Assembly: GCA_963712745.1 (NCBI GenBank)
Contig: CAVQJC010000020.1
Coordinates: 256,001-320,000, forward strand
Direction: 5' to 3'
DNA length: 64,000 nt
Source of the DNA: an uncultured Chloroflexia bacterium
Lineage (GTDB): Bacteria; Chloroflexota; Limnocylindria; Limnocylindrales; CSP1-4
Within the stretch, counting starts at the first letter, position 1. Every line of letters begins with the position of its first letter. A program made the position numbers and the translations under genes. Below, one piece after another: positions 21,609 through 35,975 of the stretch. Below the pieces are notes generated by a model, which worked only from the letters and a program-made list of their open reading frames with translations, did no database searches and was not told the DNA's origin.

Positions 21609-22277
21609 TCAGTCGTCGTTGTTGATGTCGTGGTCGCTGATCTCGTCGTCATCGATGTCGTCGTTGCGGGCGACCGCCACGAGCGCCGGTCGCAGCACGC
21701 GATCGCGAATGGTGAACCCGCGCTGCAGGATCTTGATGACGGTGCCATCAGGCACGTCCTCGGTGTCCTCGTAGCTGATGGCCTGCTGCGTCTGGGGGTC
21801 GAAGGGCTCCCCTTCCCCTCCCATGGCTTCGATGCCCTCGGCCTCGAGCAGGCCGCGCAGCTTGCGATCGATGGCCGCGATGCCCTCCACCCAGGGGCTG
21901 CCCTTGGCCTCCTCGGGCACATGCTCGACCGCAAGGTCGAAGTCGTCGGCCAGATCGAGCACGCGGATCATCAGCCGGTCGCTAGCCTGACCGGCCAGTT
22001 CGGCACTCGCCTCCTCCGACCGGCGCTTGAGGTTGGCGTAGTCGGCGCGCGCGCGCTGCCAGCCGGCTTCGGCCTGGGCTGCCCGTTGCTCGGCGGCCTC
22101 CAGCTCGGCGCTGAGCTGCTCCACCTCCGCGCGCAGCGAGGCGCCGCTCGTGTCGAGCGCGGCGATACGCTCCTCGGCCCTGGTGCCGCCGCGCTTGGCG
22201 GCGCTGGCCGTGGTCTGCTCAGCCTGTTCGGGATCGTCCTTGGCGCCAGCGGCGCCGTTCGTCTTCTTGTCGTTCAT
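21609..22277 (-). CDS. grpE: Nucleotide exchange factor GrpE
   Basis: [38 protein letters not shown]. Confidence 0.96.
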   Translation of the reverse strand: MNDKKTNGAAGAKDDPEQAEQTTASAAKRGGTRAEERIAALDTSGASLRAEVEQLSAELEAAEQRAAQAEAGWQRARADYANLKRRSEEASAELAGQASDRLMIRVLDLADDFDLAVEHVPEEAKGSPWVEGIAAIDRKLRGLLEAEGIEAMGGEGEPFDPQTQQAISYEDTEDVPDGTVIKILQRGFTIRDRVLRPALVAVARNDDIDDDEISDHDINNDD

Positions 22278-23338
22278 GCGTACAGGTGGTCCACCAATTC
22301 GTTCATGAGTCCGCGCACATAGCGCACCGTAGAGATGGCATGGGGATAGGCCATGCGGGTCGGGCCGACCACGCCGACCACGCCGATGGCGCGGTCGGAA
22401 CGGCCGTACGAGGCAACCACGAGCGAGACATCGCTCATCTCCTCGTGTTCGTTCTCGCTGCCGATGAAGACACGCACGTCGTCGGAGGCGGAGAGCTTCT
22501 GGACGAGGTCGCCGAGGTAGGCACGGTCCTGCAGCACGTTGAACACGCGGCGCAGGCGCTCGGAGCGCTCGAACTCAGGCTCCTTCATGACGTTGAGCAG
22601 GCCCTCGCTGAAGACCTCCTCCACGGCCGCGGCATCGAACTCGTGCATCACCCTGGCCACGCGTTCGACGGCCTGCGTGAAGAGTGGGTCGACCGATCCG
22701 GGTCGCTCCCGCAGCGTATCCAGGACCGCGTCGACTTCTGGCGTCGTCTTGGCCCGCAGCACACGATCCACACCGCGGGCGATGTCATCGAGCTCCGAGC
22801 CGCGGTACTCGCGATCGAGGTTGAGCAGCACCTGCTTGACCGGGCCGTCGGCCATGACCAGCAACAGGCTGGCCGAGCGCTCGGCGGTGGGCACGATGTC
22901 GATGCGCCGGATGCGACAGGCGCTGGGCTTGATAGGCGTAGCGATGGCCGCCGCGTGGGTGGCGCTCGCGAGCGTGGACGCCGCCAGGCGGAACCACTGC
23001 TCGTTGGCGAACTCCACCTGTCCGAACTGGTGGCGGATCATCAGCTGCTCGACGGGCGCGAGGCTGACCTGGTCGGAGATGGATTCGACGTACAGGCGAT
23101 AGCCACGGTCGGTGGGCACTCGGCCGGCGCTGGTATGGGGATGGCCCAGCAGCTCAGCGGTCTCGAGCTCGGCCATGATGTTGCGCACGGTGGCAGGGCT
23201 GATGGACAGCGCGTACTTGTCCACCAACGCCACACTACCCACCGGCTGCGCGGTGGCCACGTACTCTTCGATGATCGCCCGCAGGATGGCCGCGGAACGG
23301 TCCTCCAGCGGCCCGGGGCGCACTTTTCGCCTCGCCAA
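22274..23338 (-). CDS. hrcA: Heat-inducible transcription repressor HrcA
   Basis: ILRAIIEEY...PVGS, SPATVRNIM, PHTSAGRVPTDRGYRLYV, GVVGPTRMAY; TTG start after a GAGAGGA RBS. Confidence 0.95.
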   Translation of the reverse strand: MARRKVRPGPLEDRSAAILRAIIEEYVATAQPVGSVALVDKYALSISPATVRNIMAELETAELLGHPHTSAGRVPTDRGYRLYVESISDQVSLAPVEQLMIRHQFGQVEFANEQWFRLAASTLASATHAAAIATPIKPSACRIRRIDIVPTAERSASLLLVMADGPVKQVLLNLDREYRGSELDDIARGVDRVLRAKTTPEVDAVLDTLRERPGSVDPLFTQAVERVARVMHEFDAAAVEEVFSEGLLNVMKEPEFERSERLRRVFNVLQDRAYLGDLVQKLSASDDVRVFIGSENEHEEMSDVSLVVASYGRSDRAIGVVGVVGPTRMAYPHAISTVRYVRGLMNELVDHLYA

Positions 23339-23376
23339 TCGGTCCTCTCGGTCAGTGCTTGCATAGCTCGCTTGGG

Positions 23377-23403
23377 TTAGCACTCTCATAGTAGGAGTGC
23401 TAA
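23377..23403. promoter_or_regulatory. CIRCE element (HrcA operator)
   Basis: Perfect TTAGCACTC-N9-GAGTGCTAA. Confidence 0.98.
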
Positions 23404-23416
23404 CTTCACGGCCATT

Positions 23417-23446
23417 ATCGTATCAGTCACCGACTACGAGTGTCAA
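23417..23446 (-). promoter_or_regulatory. Sigma70 promoter of hrcA-grpE-dnaK overlapping a degenerate second CIRCE
   Basis: Minus strand TTGACA-18-TACGAT with TG extension. The same bases read TTGACACTC-N9-GACTGATAC. Confidence 0.7.
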
Positions 23447-23493
23447 CGTGCCGAAGGGACCGGGTACGCCTCGCTACGCGGCCACGTCGAGCG

Positions 23494-24702
23494 CTACCAG
23501 CTCTGGGCTTCGCCCCCGACGCGGTCGGCAGCGCGTTGCTCGTCCTCACCGCTCTCGAGATAGGCGTTGAAGGGGTCGGCCGGCAGGCCCCGCTCGACCC
23601 GCAGCTCGCCCAGCGGACCACGGACATCGGTGAAGAAGGCACTCCAGAGCAGGTTGTTGGCCTTGAGGACATCACCGCGCCGCTGCGCCAGGAGGAGTGC
23701 CTCGCGATCGACCAGCAGCGCCTTGGCAAACAACTCCTGCAGGGTCTGCACCGAGCGGATGACGGCCGGCACCTTGGCCTCGATGTTGTGGCACTGGTCG
23801 AGCATGTAGACCGTCTCGTTGGCCGTCTTCTGGGCCACCGGGTCGTCGTCATCGCGCATGGCATTGATGAGTTCGTGGGTGATGCGGAACATCTGGTATG
23901 GGTCGATGGAGCCGACCATGAGATCGTCGTCCCCGTACTTCTTGTCGTTGAGGTCGAAGGCGCCGAGCTTGCCCTCCGCCAGGAGCAGGGCCACGATCTG
24001 CTCGATGTTGACGCCGAGGCTGTGGTGGCCGGTATCGACACACACGACGCAGCGCTCGCCGACCGCGTTGCAGACGGCCATCGACTGGCCCCAGTCCTGC
24101 ACGTCGGTGGAGTAGAAGGCAGGTTCGAAGATCTTGTACTCGAGGAGCATGCGAGCGCCCTCGGGCAGCCAGGCGTAGGCCTTCTGCAGGCCCTCGACGA
24201 GCCGGTGACGGCGCCAGCGAAGGTCATCCTGTCCCGGGTAGTTCGTGCCGTCACCGAGCCAGACCTTGACCGCGGGTGCACCCATCTCGTCGGCGATCTG
24301 GCAGCACTCCTTGAGCGCCGTGAGAGCCTTCTCGCGAACCACCGCGTCGGGATGGCACATCGAGCCGAGCATGTAGTCGGCATCCTGGAAGGTGTTGAGG
24401 TTGATGCCGCCGACGCCGAGGTCCTTGGCGTTCATGTACTCGAGCAGCCCGGTGTAGTCGTCGGTCTTGTCCCAGGGGATGTGCAGGGCCACGGTGCGGG
24501 CGATGCCCGTATAGCGGTGCACGGTGCCAGCGTCGTCGATGCGTTCCTCGACGTTGCGCGGCGTGCCGGGGTGCTGCCACACCTTGAAGCGGGTGCCGGT
24601 GTTGAGGAAGGCCCACGATGGGAGCTCGATCTTCAGGCCATCAACGGCCCACAGCAGCTTCTCCTGGATCGAGCTGGCGCTCGGGTCGACGGTGGCAGTC
24701 AT
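23494..24702 (-). CDS. L-rhamnose isomerase (xylose-isomerase-like TIM barrel)
   Basis: IELPSWAF.NTGTRF, ALHIPWD, WLGDGTNYPGQ, LEYKIFEPAFYSTD..DWG, DTGHH, KYGDDDL, DQCHNIE. Confidence 0.9.
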   Translation of the reverse strand: MTATVDPSASSIQEKLLWAVDGLKIELPSWAFLNTGTRFKVWQHPGTPRNVEERIDDAGTVHRYTGIARTVALHIPWDKTDDYTGLLEYMNAKDLGVGGINLNTFQDADYMLGSMCHPDAVVREKALTALKECCQIADEMGAPAVKVWLGDGTNYPGQDDLRWRRHRLVEGLQKAYAWLPEGARMLLEYKIFEPAFYSTDVQDWGQSMAVCNAVGERCVVCVDTGHHSLGVNIEQIVALLLAEGKLGAFDLNDKKYGDDDLMVGSIDPYQMFRITHELINAMRDDDDPVAQKTANETVYMLDQCHNIEAKVPAVIRSVQTLQELFAKALLVDREALLLAQRRGDVLKANNLLWSAFFTDVRGPLGELRVERGLPADPFNAYLESGEDEQRAADRVGGEAQSW

Positions 24703-24922
24703 CGTGGCAACTCCTCGTGTACGCGCGCGGTTGGCCGTCTGGTGTTCGTTCGCGGCCGGACGATGCACCGCGGACATGGCCATCGTAGTCCGCGGCGCGA
24801 CAGGATCCACGGTCCACCCGGCACGCCCGCCGGGCCCGTTTGACATGTGGAGGAGCCTGGCCCGCGGGGGCTGGTGAGCCCGACGGCCTGGGGGTGCCTA
24901 CGTCCGCGCGACGACCGCGCGC

Positions 24923-25744
24923 CTACCGGGCGGTCTCGAAGTTCTCGTACAGGTAGCGCCGAGGAACCTGGCCGCTGGCATGAATCTTGGCCGCCAGGTC
25001 GCGGCCGAAGTAGCGCCAGTGCCACGGCTCGTAGCTGTAGCACGAGGCATGCGTCTTGCCCTTGGGATAGGACATGATGAAGCCGAACTTCCAGCCCTTG
25101 CGAGCCAGCCACTTGCCTGCGGGCGAATCACCGAACTTCGTCGTGAGTGGCACTCCGGGAGCGGTGGTGAAGTCGATGGTCGTGCCCAGCTGGTGCTCCG
25201 AGTGCCCCGGGCGGGCCGAGAACTTGACGGCCTGCGACCAGCCATGCGTACGCACGTACGAATTGAAGAGCGCCTTCTGGTAGTCGTAGCTGCGATGCGC
25301 CGAACGCACCGCGAGCGGCTTGCCGGCCTTGCGGGCAGCAGAGGCCAGCGCCTTCAGGTCGGCGATCATGATCCTGCGCACCTTGCCCGACCCGGCGATC
25401 TTGGCATTCCTGACCGACACCAGGTCCTGCGGGTCGTAGCTGCGCCTGATCTTGAGATTGGTGTCGAGCAACGTCTTCTTCCATTGCCTGACCGAGCGGT
25501 AGCGCGTCAGCTTGTCATCGATGCCGCAGGCCGGCAGGCGCACCTTGGCCGGCACCACCTCCGCTGCCGCCAGGCCGCTCGGCGACGCATCCGGCGCCAG
25601 CGCGGCGAGCGCGAAGTCCAGGCTGGGCGGGGCGATGGGCGTCGGCTCGGGCAGCTCAGCAGCGACGGCGGGCACGCTGGAACCCAGCAACAGGGCCACC
25701 GACAAGACGACGGCCACGACCGGGCGGAGGTTCAGGGCTGGCAT
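24923..25744 (-). CDS. Secreted M15B/VanY-like D-Ala-D-Ala carboxypeptidase
   Basis: Signal peptide; SAHRSYDYQ, SARPGHSEHQLGTTIDF (SxHxxGxxxD), YEPWHWRY. Confidence 0.9.
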   Translation of the reverse strand: MPALNLRPVVAVVLSVALLLGSSVPAVAAELPEPTPIAPPSLDFALAALAPDASPSGLAAAEVVPAKVRLPACGIDDKLTRYRSVRQWKKTLLDTNLKIRRSYDPQDLVSVRNAKIAGSGKVRRIMIADLKALASAARKAGKPLAVRSAHRSYDYQKALFNSYVRTHGWSQAVKFSARPGHSEHQLGTTIDFTTAPGVPLTTKFGDSPAGKWLARKGWKFGFIMSYPKGKTHASCYSYEPWHWRYFGRDLAAKIHASGQVPRRYLYENFETAR

Positions 25745-25754
25745 GCGCGCCATC

Positions 25755-27134
25755 CTACCGCGGTGCCCCCGAGGCCGCCGATGTGGACGAGGACGGCAGC
25801 AAACGGGCAAAGACCTCGTTTGCGAGCAGGCGCCCCTGCGGCGTCAGGCGTGTGCGGCCAGCGGCGTCCTCGGCCAGATGATGCCATCGGGCCCAGGCCA
25901 GTCCGGGCGCCAGCGCCGGCTCGTCCGCCAGGGCTGCCTCGATGCCCTCGCGCAAGCGCAGGCCGAGGATGGCGCGTTCCGCCGTAGCCGTGGCCAGGTC
26001 GACCTCCTCGTGGCCACCCGGCGGCAGACGGCCCGCCTCCAGCGCGGTGATGTAGCCATCGAGTCGCGCCGCGTTCCAGGTCCGCCGCAGGGCGCCGTCA
26101 GAAGCGTGCGCGCCCGGGCCCAGCGCGAGGTACGGGCGCCGGCGCCAGTAGAGCAGGTTGTGGCGGCTCTCCTTGCCAGGCCGGGCCAGATTCGCCACCT
26201 CGTAGCGACGCAATCCGACCGCCTCGGCCAGCTCGTCGGCGAGCAGTTCCATGGCCGCCGCCCGTTCCTGCGACTGCTCGGCGCGGGCTTTCTCACGCCA
26301 GGTCCGTGCTCCGCGAGTGACCGGCAGGTGGTCGCCCTCTGGGCCGGTCAGACCCTCAGCCTCGGGATCGTCGAGGGTGAGCGTGTAGACCGAGAGGTGG
26401 TCCGACTCGAGGGCCAGCGCCGCCTCGAGCGTGGTGCGCCAGGACGCGACCGACTGCCCCGGGACGTCGGTCAGCAGGTCCAGGTTCACCGACTCGATGC
26501 CGGCGGCCCGGGCGGCCGCGACCCCGCCGGTCACGTCGGCGGCCCGGTGGCGACGACCCAGCCGCCGCAGCTCGTCATCGGCCATCGACTGCGCCCCCAC
26601 CGAGAGCCGGTTCACGCCGGCCGCACGGAAGCCCGCCAGGTCGCCGATCTCGTAGGCTCCTGGATTGGCCTCGAGGGTGATCTCCGCGGTGGCCGCGATG
26701 CCCAGCTGCCGGTCGACTGCGCCGAGTAGCATCCCGACCTGGCCGGCGCTCAGGAGCGTAGGTGTGCCCCCGCCCAGGTAGACGCTGGCCAACGGCGCCC
26801 GAGCGCTCCCGAAGAGACCGTTGATGCCTGCTGCCCGAAGCTCGAGTTCGCGGTGGATGGCCTCCAGCAGCGCCTCGATGCGGTTGCCCGGTCCGCGCGC
26901 CGCGGAACCGGCCACCACCACGAAATCGCAGTACGGGCAGAGCGAGACACAGAATGGGAAGTGCACGTACAGCCCCTCGGGCGAGAGCGGCTGCGGTGGA
27001 GGCGGCGCGGCATGGTCGGGCGCTGGGTTGTCGGGCGCTGCGCGGCCGGGCGCGGCGTTCGTGGCGGGGCCGGACCTAGCCGCGACGGGCGTCGTGCGGG
27101 CGGATGACGTAGGCGCCGCCGTCACCGGTACCAC
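25755..27134 (-). CDS. hemW: Radical SAM heme chaperone HemW (HemN-like); start uncertain
   Basis: LYVHFPFCVSLCPYCDF (CxxxCxxC), YLGGGTPT, EANP, NRLSVGAQS, HNLLYW; near lepA. Confidence 0.88.
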   Translation of the reverse strand: MVPVTAAPTSSARTTPVAARSGPATNAAPGRAAPDNPAPDHAAPPPPQPLSPEGLYVHFPFCVSLCPYCDFVVVAGSAARGPGNRIEALLEAIHRELELRAAGINGLFGSARAPLASVYLGGGTPTLLSAGQVGMLLGAVDRQLGIAATAEITLEANPGAYEIGDLAGFRAAGVNRLSVGAQSMADDELRRLGRRHRAADVTGGVAAARAAGIESVNLDLLTDVPGQSVASWRTTLEAALALESDHLSVYTLTLDDPEAEGLTGPEGDHLPVTRGARTWREKARAEQSQERAAAMELLADELAEAVGLRRYEVANLARPGKESRHNLLYWRRRPYLALGPGAHASDGALRRTWNAARLDGYITALEAGRLPPGGHEEVDLATATAERAILGLRLREGIEAALADEPALAPGLAWARWHHLAEDAAGRTRLTPQGRLLANEVFARLLPSSSTSAASGAPR

Positions 27135-27822
27135 CCCTCGGCGGGCTCACCTGCTCGATGGCCGCTCGCTCCGGCTGGCCCATGGTCATGAAGAGCGCGA
27201 AACGGGTGATGGCATGGCCCACGAAGGCGGCAGCGATGCCCGCTGTCGCCAGCACCAGCACGCCTGCCACGAGACCGATGGCCAGCCAGGCACCGAGCAC
27301 GAAGATGCCGCGGCTGCCGGTGCCGGCGCGGATGGTGAAGGCATAGATGAAGGCGCTGCTCACGACCGCCAGCCAGTCGGGCAAGCCCAACGCGAGAAGC
27401 AGGCCCAGGAATACGCCGCGGAACAGCCACTCGTCGAAGAAGGCCGTGCCCACCGCGGTCAGCACACCGCCCGGGTAGCGCCGGGGCACAGGGAAGCTGA
27501 CACGGCCGTTGCGCAGGATGGCCAGGATGAAGGCCCCGATGATGCCGGCTCCACCGAAGAGCAGGCCGTAGACCATGGCCTGGGCCCGGTCAGCACCGAG
27601 CGTGAGGTTCAGCTCGGAAACCGGCGACGGGTGAAAGGCGAACGTGAGCAGCGCCAGCGCCAGGCCCGCGGCATACCAGCTGATGCGGGCCACCCATACG
27701 CGCCACTCGCCGTCCTGGGTGTCCCATTCGGCCGCGCTGAAACGCTTGGCGTCGATGCGCAGCAGGAACATCATCGCGACGAATCCGATGAACAAGAGGT
27801 ACTGGAGCGGCTCAGGCAGCAA
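27076..27822 (-). CDS. CPBP/Abi-family intramembrane metalloprotease-like protein
   Basis: Multi-TM; DEWLFRG (EExxFRG-like) and late H (VGHAI); middle His motif degenerate. Confidence 0.65.
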   Translation of the reverse strand: MLPEPLQYLLFIGFVAMMFLLRIDAKRFSAAEWDTQDGEWRVWVARISWYAAGLALALLTFAFHPSPVSELNLTLGADRAQAMVYGLLFGGAGIIGAFILAILRNGRVSFPVPRRYPGGVLTAVGTAFFDEWLFRGVFLGLLLALGLPDWLAVVSSAFIYAFTIRAGTGSRGIFVLGAWLAIGLVAGVLVLATAGIAAAFVGHAITRFALFMTMGQPERAAIEQVSPPRGGTGDGGAYVIRPHDARRG

Positions 27823-29640
<1,818 letters not shown>

Positions 29641-29870
29641 GGGACGGGGCGATTCTAGCAAGTGCCACGCGACGTAACGGCGGAGCTGTATCCAGAGCCC
29701 GAGCCGTGAGGGCTGCCGGGACGCAGCCAACGCGATCGCCACTGGCACGCACAGGCGTCCTGCGTTACCATCACCGTTCGCGCGTCCGTTGTCCGCGGCG
29801 TGGCACCCCGTGCTCGTCTACAGCGAACGCTGCCGCAGAGATCACCCAGAGCTGTTGAGGAAACATCACC

Positions 29871-30533
29871 TTGGCCCATTCATCGCGGACCTGGACCGGC
29901 GCACGCACGCCTTCGGCCCTCAAGCGCGTCCGTCAGTCGCACCGTCGCAACGCCATCCTGCAGCCTCGGCGCACCGCCGCCAAGACGAAGGTCAAGGGCG
30001 CACTCGAGGCCGCAGCGGGCGGTGATGCCGAGGCGACCCGTAAGGCCGTGGCCGAAGCCGCCGCCGCGCTCGATCGCGCAGCCAAGTCCGGCGCCATCCA
30101 TCCCAACAACGCCGCTCGTCGCAAGAGTCGTCTGATGCTTCGCGCCAACGCTGCACTCGGTGGAGAGTCGCTGTCGGCGGCCAGCAAGCCGCAGCGCCAG
30201 GTCTCCAAGGCTGCCGCGGCCAAGGCTGCCAAGGCCCGCATCGCCGCCAGCAAGGCCTCCAAGGCCAAGGGCGAGCAGACGGCCGCCGGCAAGGCCCGCG
30301 CCGCCCTGAGCAAGTCCGCGCGAACCTCGGACACCCAGAAGACCACAGCCAAGTCGAGTACCGCCAAGTCGAGTACCGCCAAGTCGAGCGGCACCAAGTC
30401 GTCCGCGGCCAAGAAGACCCCTGCCAAGTCGAGCACGACCAAGGCCAAGTCCACAGCTGCCAAGAAGACGACGGCCAAGGCCAAGTCGACGACCAAGAAG
30501 ACGACGGCCAAGAAGGCCGCCAAGGCGGAGTAG
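29871..30533 (+). CDS. rpsT: 30S ribosomal protein S20 with about 120-aa K/A/S/T-rich C-terminal tail
   Basis: SALKRVRQ..RRN, LDRAAKSGAIHPNNAARRKSRL; divergent from lepA (usual synteny); TTG start with GAGGA RBS. Confidence 0.9.
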   Translation: MAHSSRTWTGARTPSALKRVRQSHRRNAILQPRRTAAKTKVKGALEAAAGGDAEATRKAVAEAAAALDRAAKSGAIHPNNAARRKSRLMLRANAALGGESLSAASKPQRQVSKAAAAKAAKARIAASKASKAKGEQTAAGKARAALSKSARTSDTQKTTAKSSTAKSSTAKSSGTKSSAAKKTPAKSSTTKAKSTAAKKTTAKAKSTTKKTTAKKAAKAE

Positions 30534-30535
30534 GA

Positions 30536-30556
30536 AACGGGGGCCCCTCCCCCGTT
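30536..30556 (+). terminator. Hairpin after rpsT
   Basis: AACGGGGG-CCCCT-CCCCCGTT. Confidence 0.55.
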
Positions 30557-30568
30557 CTCAGCAGCTCG

Positions 30569-30603
30569 GAAGCGGCGGCTCGATCGGTCGAGACCGCCGC
30601 TTC
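30569..30603. terminator. Strong hairpin between convergent genes
   Basis: GAAGCGGCGG-CTCGA-TCGG-TCGAG-A-CCGCCGCTTC. Confidence 0.55.
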
Positions 30604-30790
30604 TTCGTGCCCGCGACCGGGTGACTACTCGGTAGATGGCTCAGCTTGACCGTGACCGATGAAGGGATCAGCTCGCTGGTCGCTCGCCCTGACGACCGTG
30701 GAGGGTTTGCTTGCGGTCCTTGCTCGACTGGGTGTCGAGCAGGCGGTTGATCCTGGCTGGCGGCGCAGTCAGCCAAGCGGCGCGATGCGG

Positions 30791-31325
30791 CTACGGGGTG
30801 GGCGGCTCGACGGGGTCGGGCATGGCGGGCAACCCGTGCTCAAAGACGAGGCCCTGGAACTCGCCGAACTCAGCGGCCTGGTCGATGATGGCAGTCAGAC
30901 CAGCGTAGCCACCCTCGCCCTCGACGACCAACCGCATGTGCTCGTACGGCGCGCTGGTGACGTTCACGACCTCACCGACCCAGGCGCCTTCAACGTTCTG
31001 GAGCCTGGCAGTGCCGATGTAGACCCCGAACGCCTCCGGCGTACCGGGCTGCCCGAAGCCGTGACCGTTCTGGACCATCGCCCAGGTCCCGTCGAGGGCG
31101 CGGGTCGGTGGCATCCACGTCGAGGACCATCTGCCAATCGTCCAAGCGACCGTGGGGCGGTCCGGGCACCCAGTCCATGTCGTCTGCTTCAAGGAAGTCA
31201 ACGATGCTGGCTGAGAACGGGCCGCCTCCGGCCGGCTCTTCCTCATCCGCCACGACGGCACTGGCCACGCCGCCGAGGAGCACGACGACGCCCGCGGTCG
31301 CCAGCGTCACCTTCACCTTGCGCAT
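30791..31325 (-). CDS. Secreted hypothetical protein (DPRLxGT...GxGGYxGLTAI family), one apparent frameshift at about 31097
   Basis: Signal peptide MRKVKVTLATAGVVVLLGGVASA. Removing one C joins ...DATDPR to LDGTW...; the joined product resembles 58020-58574. Confidence 0.7.
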
Positions 31326-31571
31326 GACATCTCCCCATCTTGCGCGGGCCGGGTTCGCCAGTGGCTCGGCGCAGGCCAGGCGGCCAACGTACGCGGGTCG
31401 CACCTCATCGCCTTCCGCTACCTGAGATTCTCTCGCGGCCGTCGATCGAGGCCTGCGACGCAGGGCCTACCGTCATGCATGGAAGGTGAGGACCGCTCAT
31501 CGCCGCCATGGCCACGCCCCCTGGAGGTGTCCGATCGTGGCCAAGGCACCCGCTGGTGCCGACGCCCGAGC

Positions 31572-32252
31572 CTACTCGGCTGCGATGCGCGCTTCGATCT
31601 CCTCGACCGAGGGCGCCGGGCGCCAGGCGCGCCAGGCCGCCGGTACGAGCGCTGCACCGAAGGTGAAGAGCGTCAGCATCAGCACCGTCTCGCCCTGCCA
31701 ACGCCAGACCGCGGCGGTGAAGGAGTCCGCGTCGGTGATGCCCTCCTCGATGAGGTCCTGCTCGTTGCCGTCGTCGAGGAAGCGCGCGTAGGTACACTCT
31801 GGCCCGGTCGCGCAGTCGAGCTGGCCGCCCATCGTCTCTGGGCGGTAGCCCGAGTCGGCGTAGATGAAGAGCAGGCGCAGGGCCACGTACATCAGCGCCA
31901 GGCTGATGCCGGTCACGGCCCCCGCGAAGGCGGCGTTGCTGAAGAGACGCCAGCGCGGACGCCAGCGCATCGACTTGTGGTTGGCATACCAGCCGATGGT
32001 CAGGCCGGCGAAGGGCGCCGAGATGAACACGAGGGCCTGGATGGCCACCACCAGTTCGAAGCTGATAGCGATGGTGACCGCCATGCCCAGGCCGACCAGG
32101 GCTGCGTAGATGGCACCACGGTCAAGCACCCGACCCTCACCGGATCGGGTGCTCTGCATGGCTTCTGGTTCGAGCCCGGCATCTTCGACCGGTGCCCCGG
32201 CCGGATCGACCTGGGGACCGGCCTCGTCGGTGCGAGGCCCTTGGATGGTCAA
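31572..32252 (-). CDS. Hypothetical membrane protein (about 4 TM, small Cys-pair loop)
   Basis: Hydrophobic segments, CATGPEC loop; directly downstream of eno. Confidence 0.7.
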   Translation of the reverse strand: MTIQGPRTDEAGPQVDPAGAPVEDAGLEPEAMQSTRSGEGRVLDRGAIYAALVGLGMAVTIAISFELVVAIQALVFISAPFAGLTIGWYANHKSMRWRPRWRLFSNAAFAGAVTGISLALMYVALRLLFIYADSGYRPETMGGQLDCATGPECTYARFLDDGNEQDLIEEGITDADSFTAAVWRWQGETVLMLTLFTFGAALVPAAWRAWRPAPSVEEIEARIAAE

Positions 32253-32263
32253 ACGGTGTCGAC

Positions 32264-34774
<2,511 letters not shown>

Positions 34775-34801
34775 GTCTGTCCTTGGTGCGCCCGGCCGCG
34801 C

Positions 34802-35809
34802 CTAGAGGCGGTCGCCCATGTACTTGACGAGGTCGGCCACGCGGCAGCTGTAGCCCCACTCGTTGTCGTACCAGGCGAGGACCTTGATGAAGTTGCCACC
34901 GAGGCTCATGGTGCTCTCGGCATCGATGATGGAGCTGCGCTCGTCACCCTTGAAGTCCATGGACACGAGCTTCTGGGTCTCGACACCGAGGATGCCCTTC
35001 ATGGGTCCGTCAGCCGCAGCCTGGAAGGCCGCGTTGAGCTCCTCGGCGCTGGCGTCCTTCTCCAGCTCGGCGGTGAAGTCGACGACCGAGACGGTAGGGG
35101 TCGGCACACGCAGGCTGAAGCCGTCGAACTTGCCCTTGAGATCGGGGATGACGAGGGCCAGGGCCTTGGCCGCGCCGGTCGTGGTGGGGATGATGTTCAG
35201 GCCGGCGGCCCGGGCGCGACGCGGATCCTTGTGGAAGACGTCGAGGACCTTCTGGTCGTTGGTGTAGCTGTGGATGGTGTTCATCAGGCCGCGCCTGATG
35301 ACCCAGTTGTCATGGACGACCTTGGCGGCCGGCGCGAGGCAATTGGTGGTGCAGCTGGCGTTGCTGACGATGTTGTGCTTGGCAGGGTCGTAGATGTCCT
35401 CGTTGACGCCCAGCACGATGGTGGCGTCCTCGTTCTTGGCGGGAGCGGAGATGAGGACCTTCTTGGCGCCACCCTCGAGGTGGCCGGCGGCCTTGGTGGC
35501 GTCGGTGAAGATGCCGGTGGACTCGATGACGATGTCGACACCGAGGTCACCCCAGGGCAGCGCGGAAGGCTCACGCTCGGTGAGGACCTTGATCTCCTTG
35601 CCGTTGACGATAAGCGAGTTCTCGGTGTGCTCGACGGTGCCGTCGAAGGCGCCGTAGGTGGAGTCACGCTGGAACAGGAGGGCGTTCAGCTCGACCGACA
35701 TGAGGTCGTTGACGGCGACGACTTCCGCGTCGGGAGTGCGCTCGATGAGTGCCTTGAGCGACTGACGGCCGATGCGGCCGAAGCCGTTGATGCCGACCCG
35801 AGTAGTCAT
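34802..35809 (-). CDS. gap: Type I glyceraldehyde-3-phosphate dehydrogenase
   Basis: [40 protein letters not shown]. Confidence 0.99.
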   Translation of the reverse strand: MTTRVGINGFGRIGRQSLKALIERTPDAEVVAVNDLMSVELNALLFQRDSTYGAFDGTVEHTENSLIVNGKEIKVLTEREPSALPWGDLGVDIVIESTGIFTDATKAAGHLEGGAKKVLISAPAKNEDATIVLGVNEDIYDPAKHNIVSNASCTTNCLAPAAKVVHDNWVIRRGLMNTIHSYTNDQKVLDVFHKDPRRARAAGLNIIPTTTGAAKALALVIPDLKGKFDGFSLRVPTPTVSVVDFTAELEKDASAEELNAAFQAAADGPMKGILGVETQKLVSMDFKGDERSSIIDAESTMSLGGNFIKVLAWYDNEWGYSCRVADLVKYMGDRL

Positions 35810-35975
35810 GGATGGGACTCCTTGCTTCACGCTACGCCTTGCCCAGTCGATCGCCGGGGAGCGAGCAGTTCATCTGGTGGACAGTCAGTTAGGCCGAGCG
35901 CGCACGCGCTCGCGGTTCCTGACGCTATGTGGTGGTGCGCCCGCCGACACTGCGGTCGCCCCACGATGGTCGCCT

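Noticed and set aside
30690-30730. Hammerhead ribozyme suggested by CTGACGA
   Set aside because: No GAAA core segment follows the stem.
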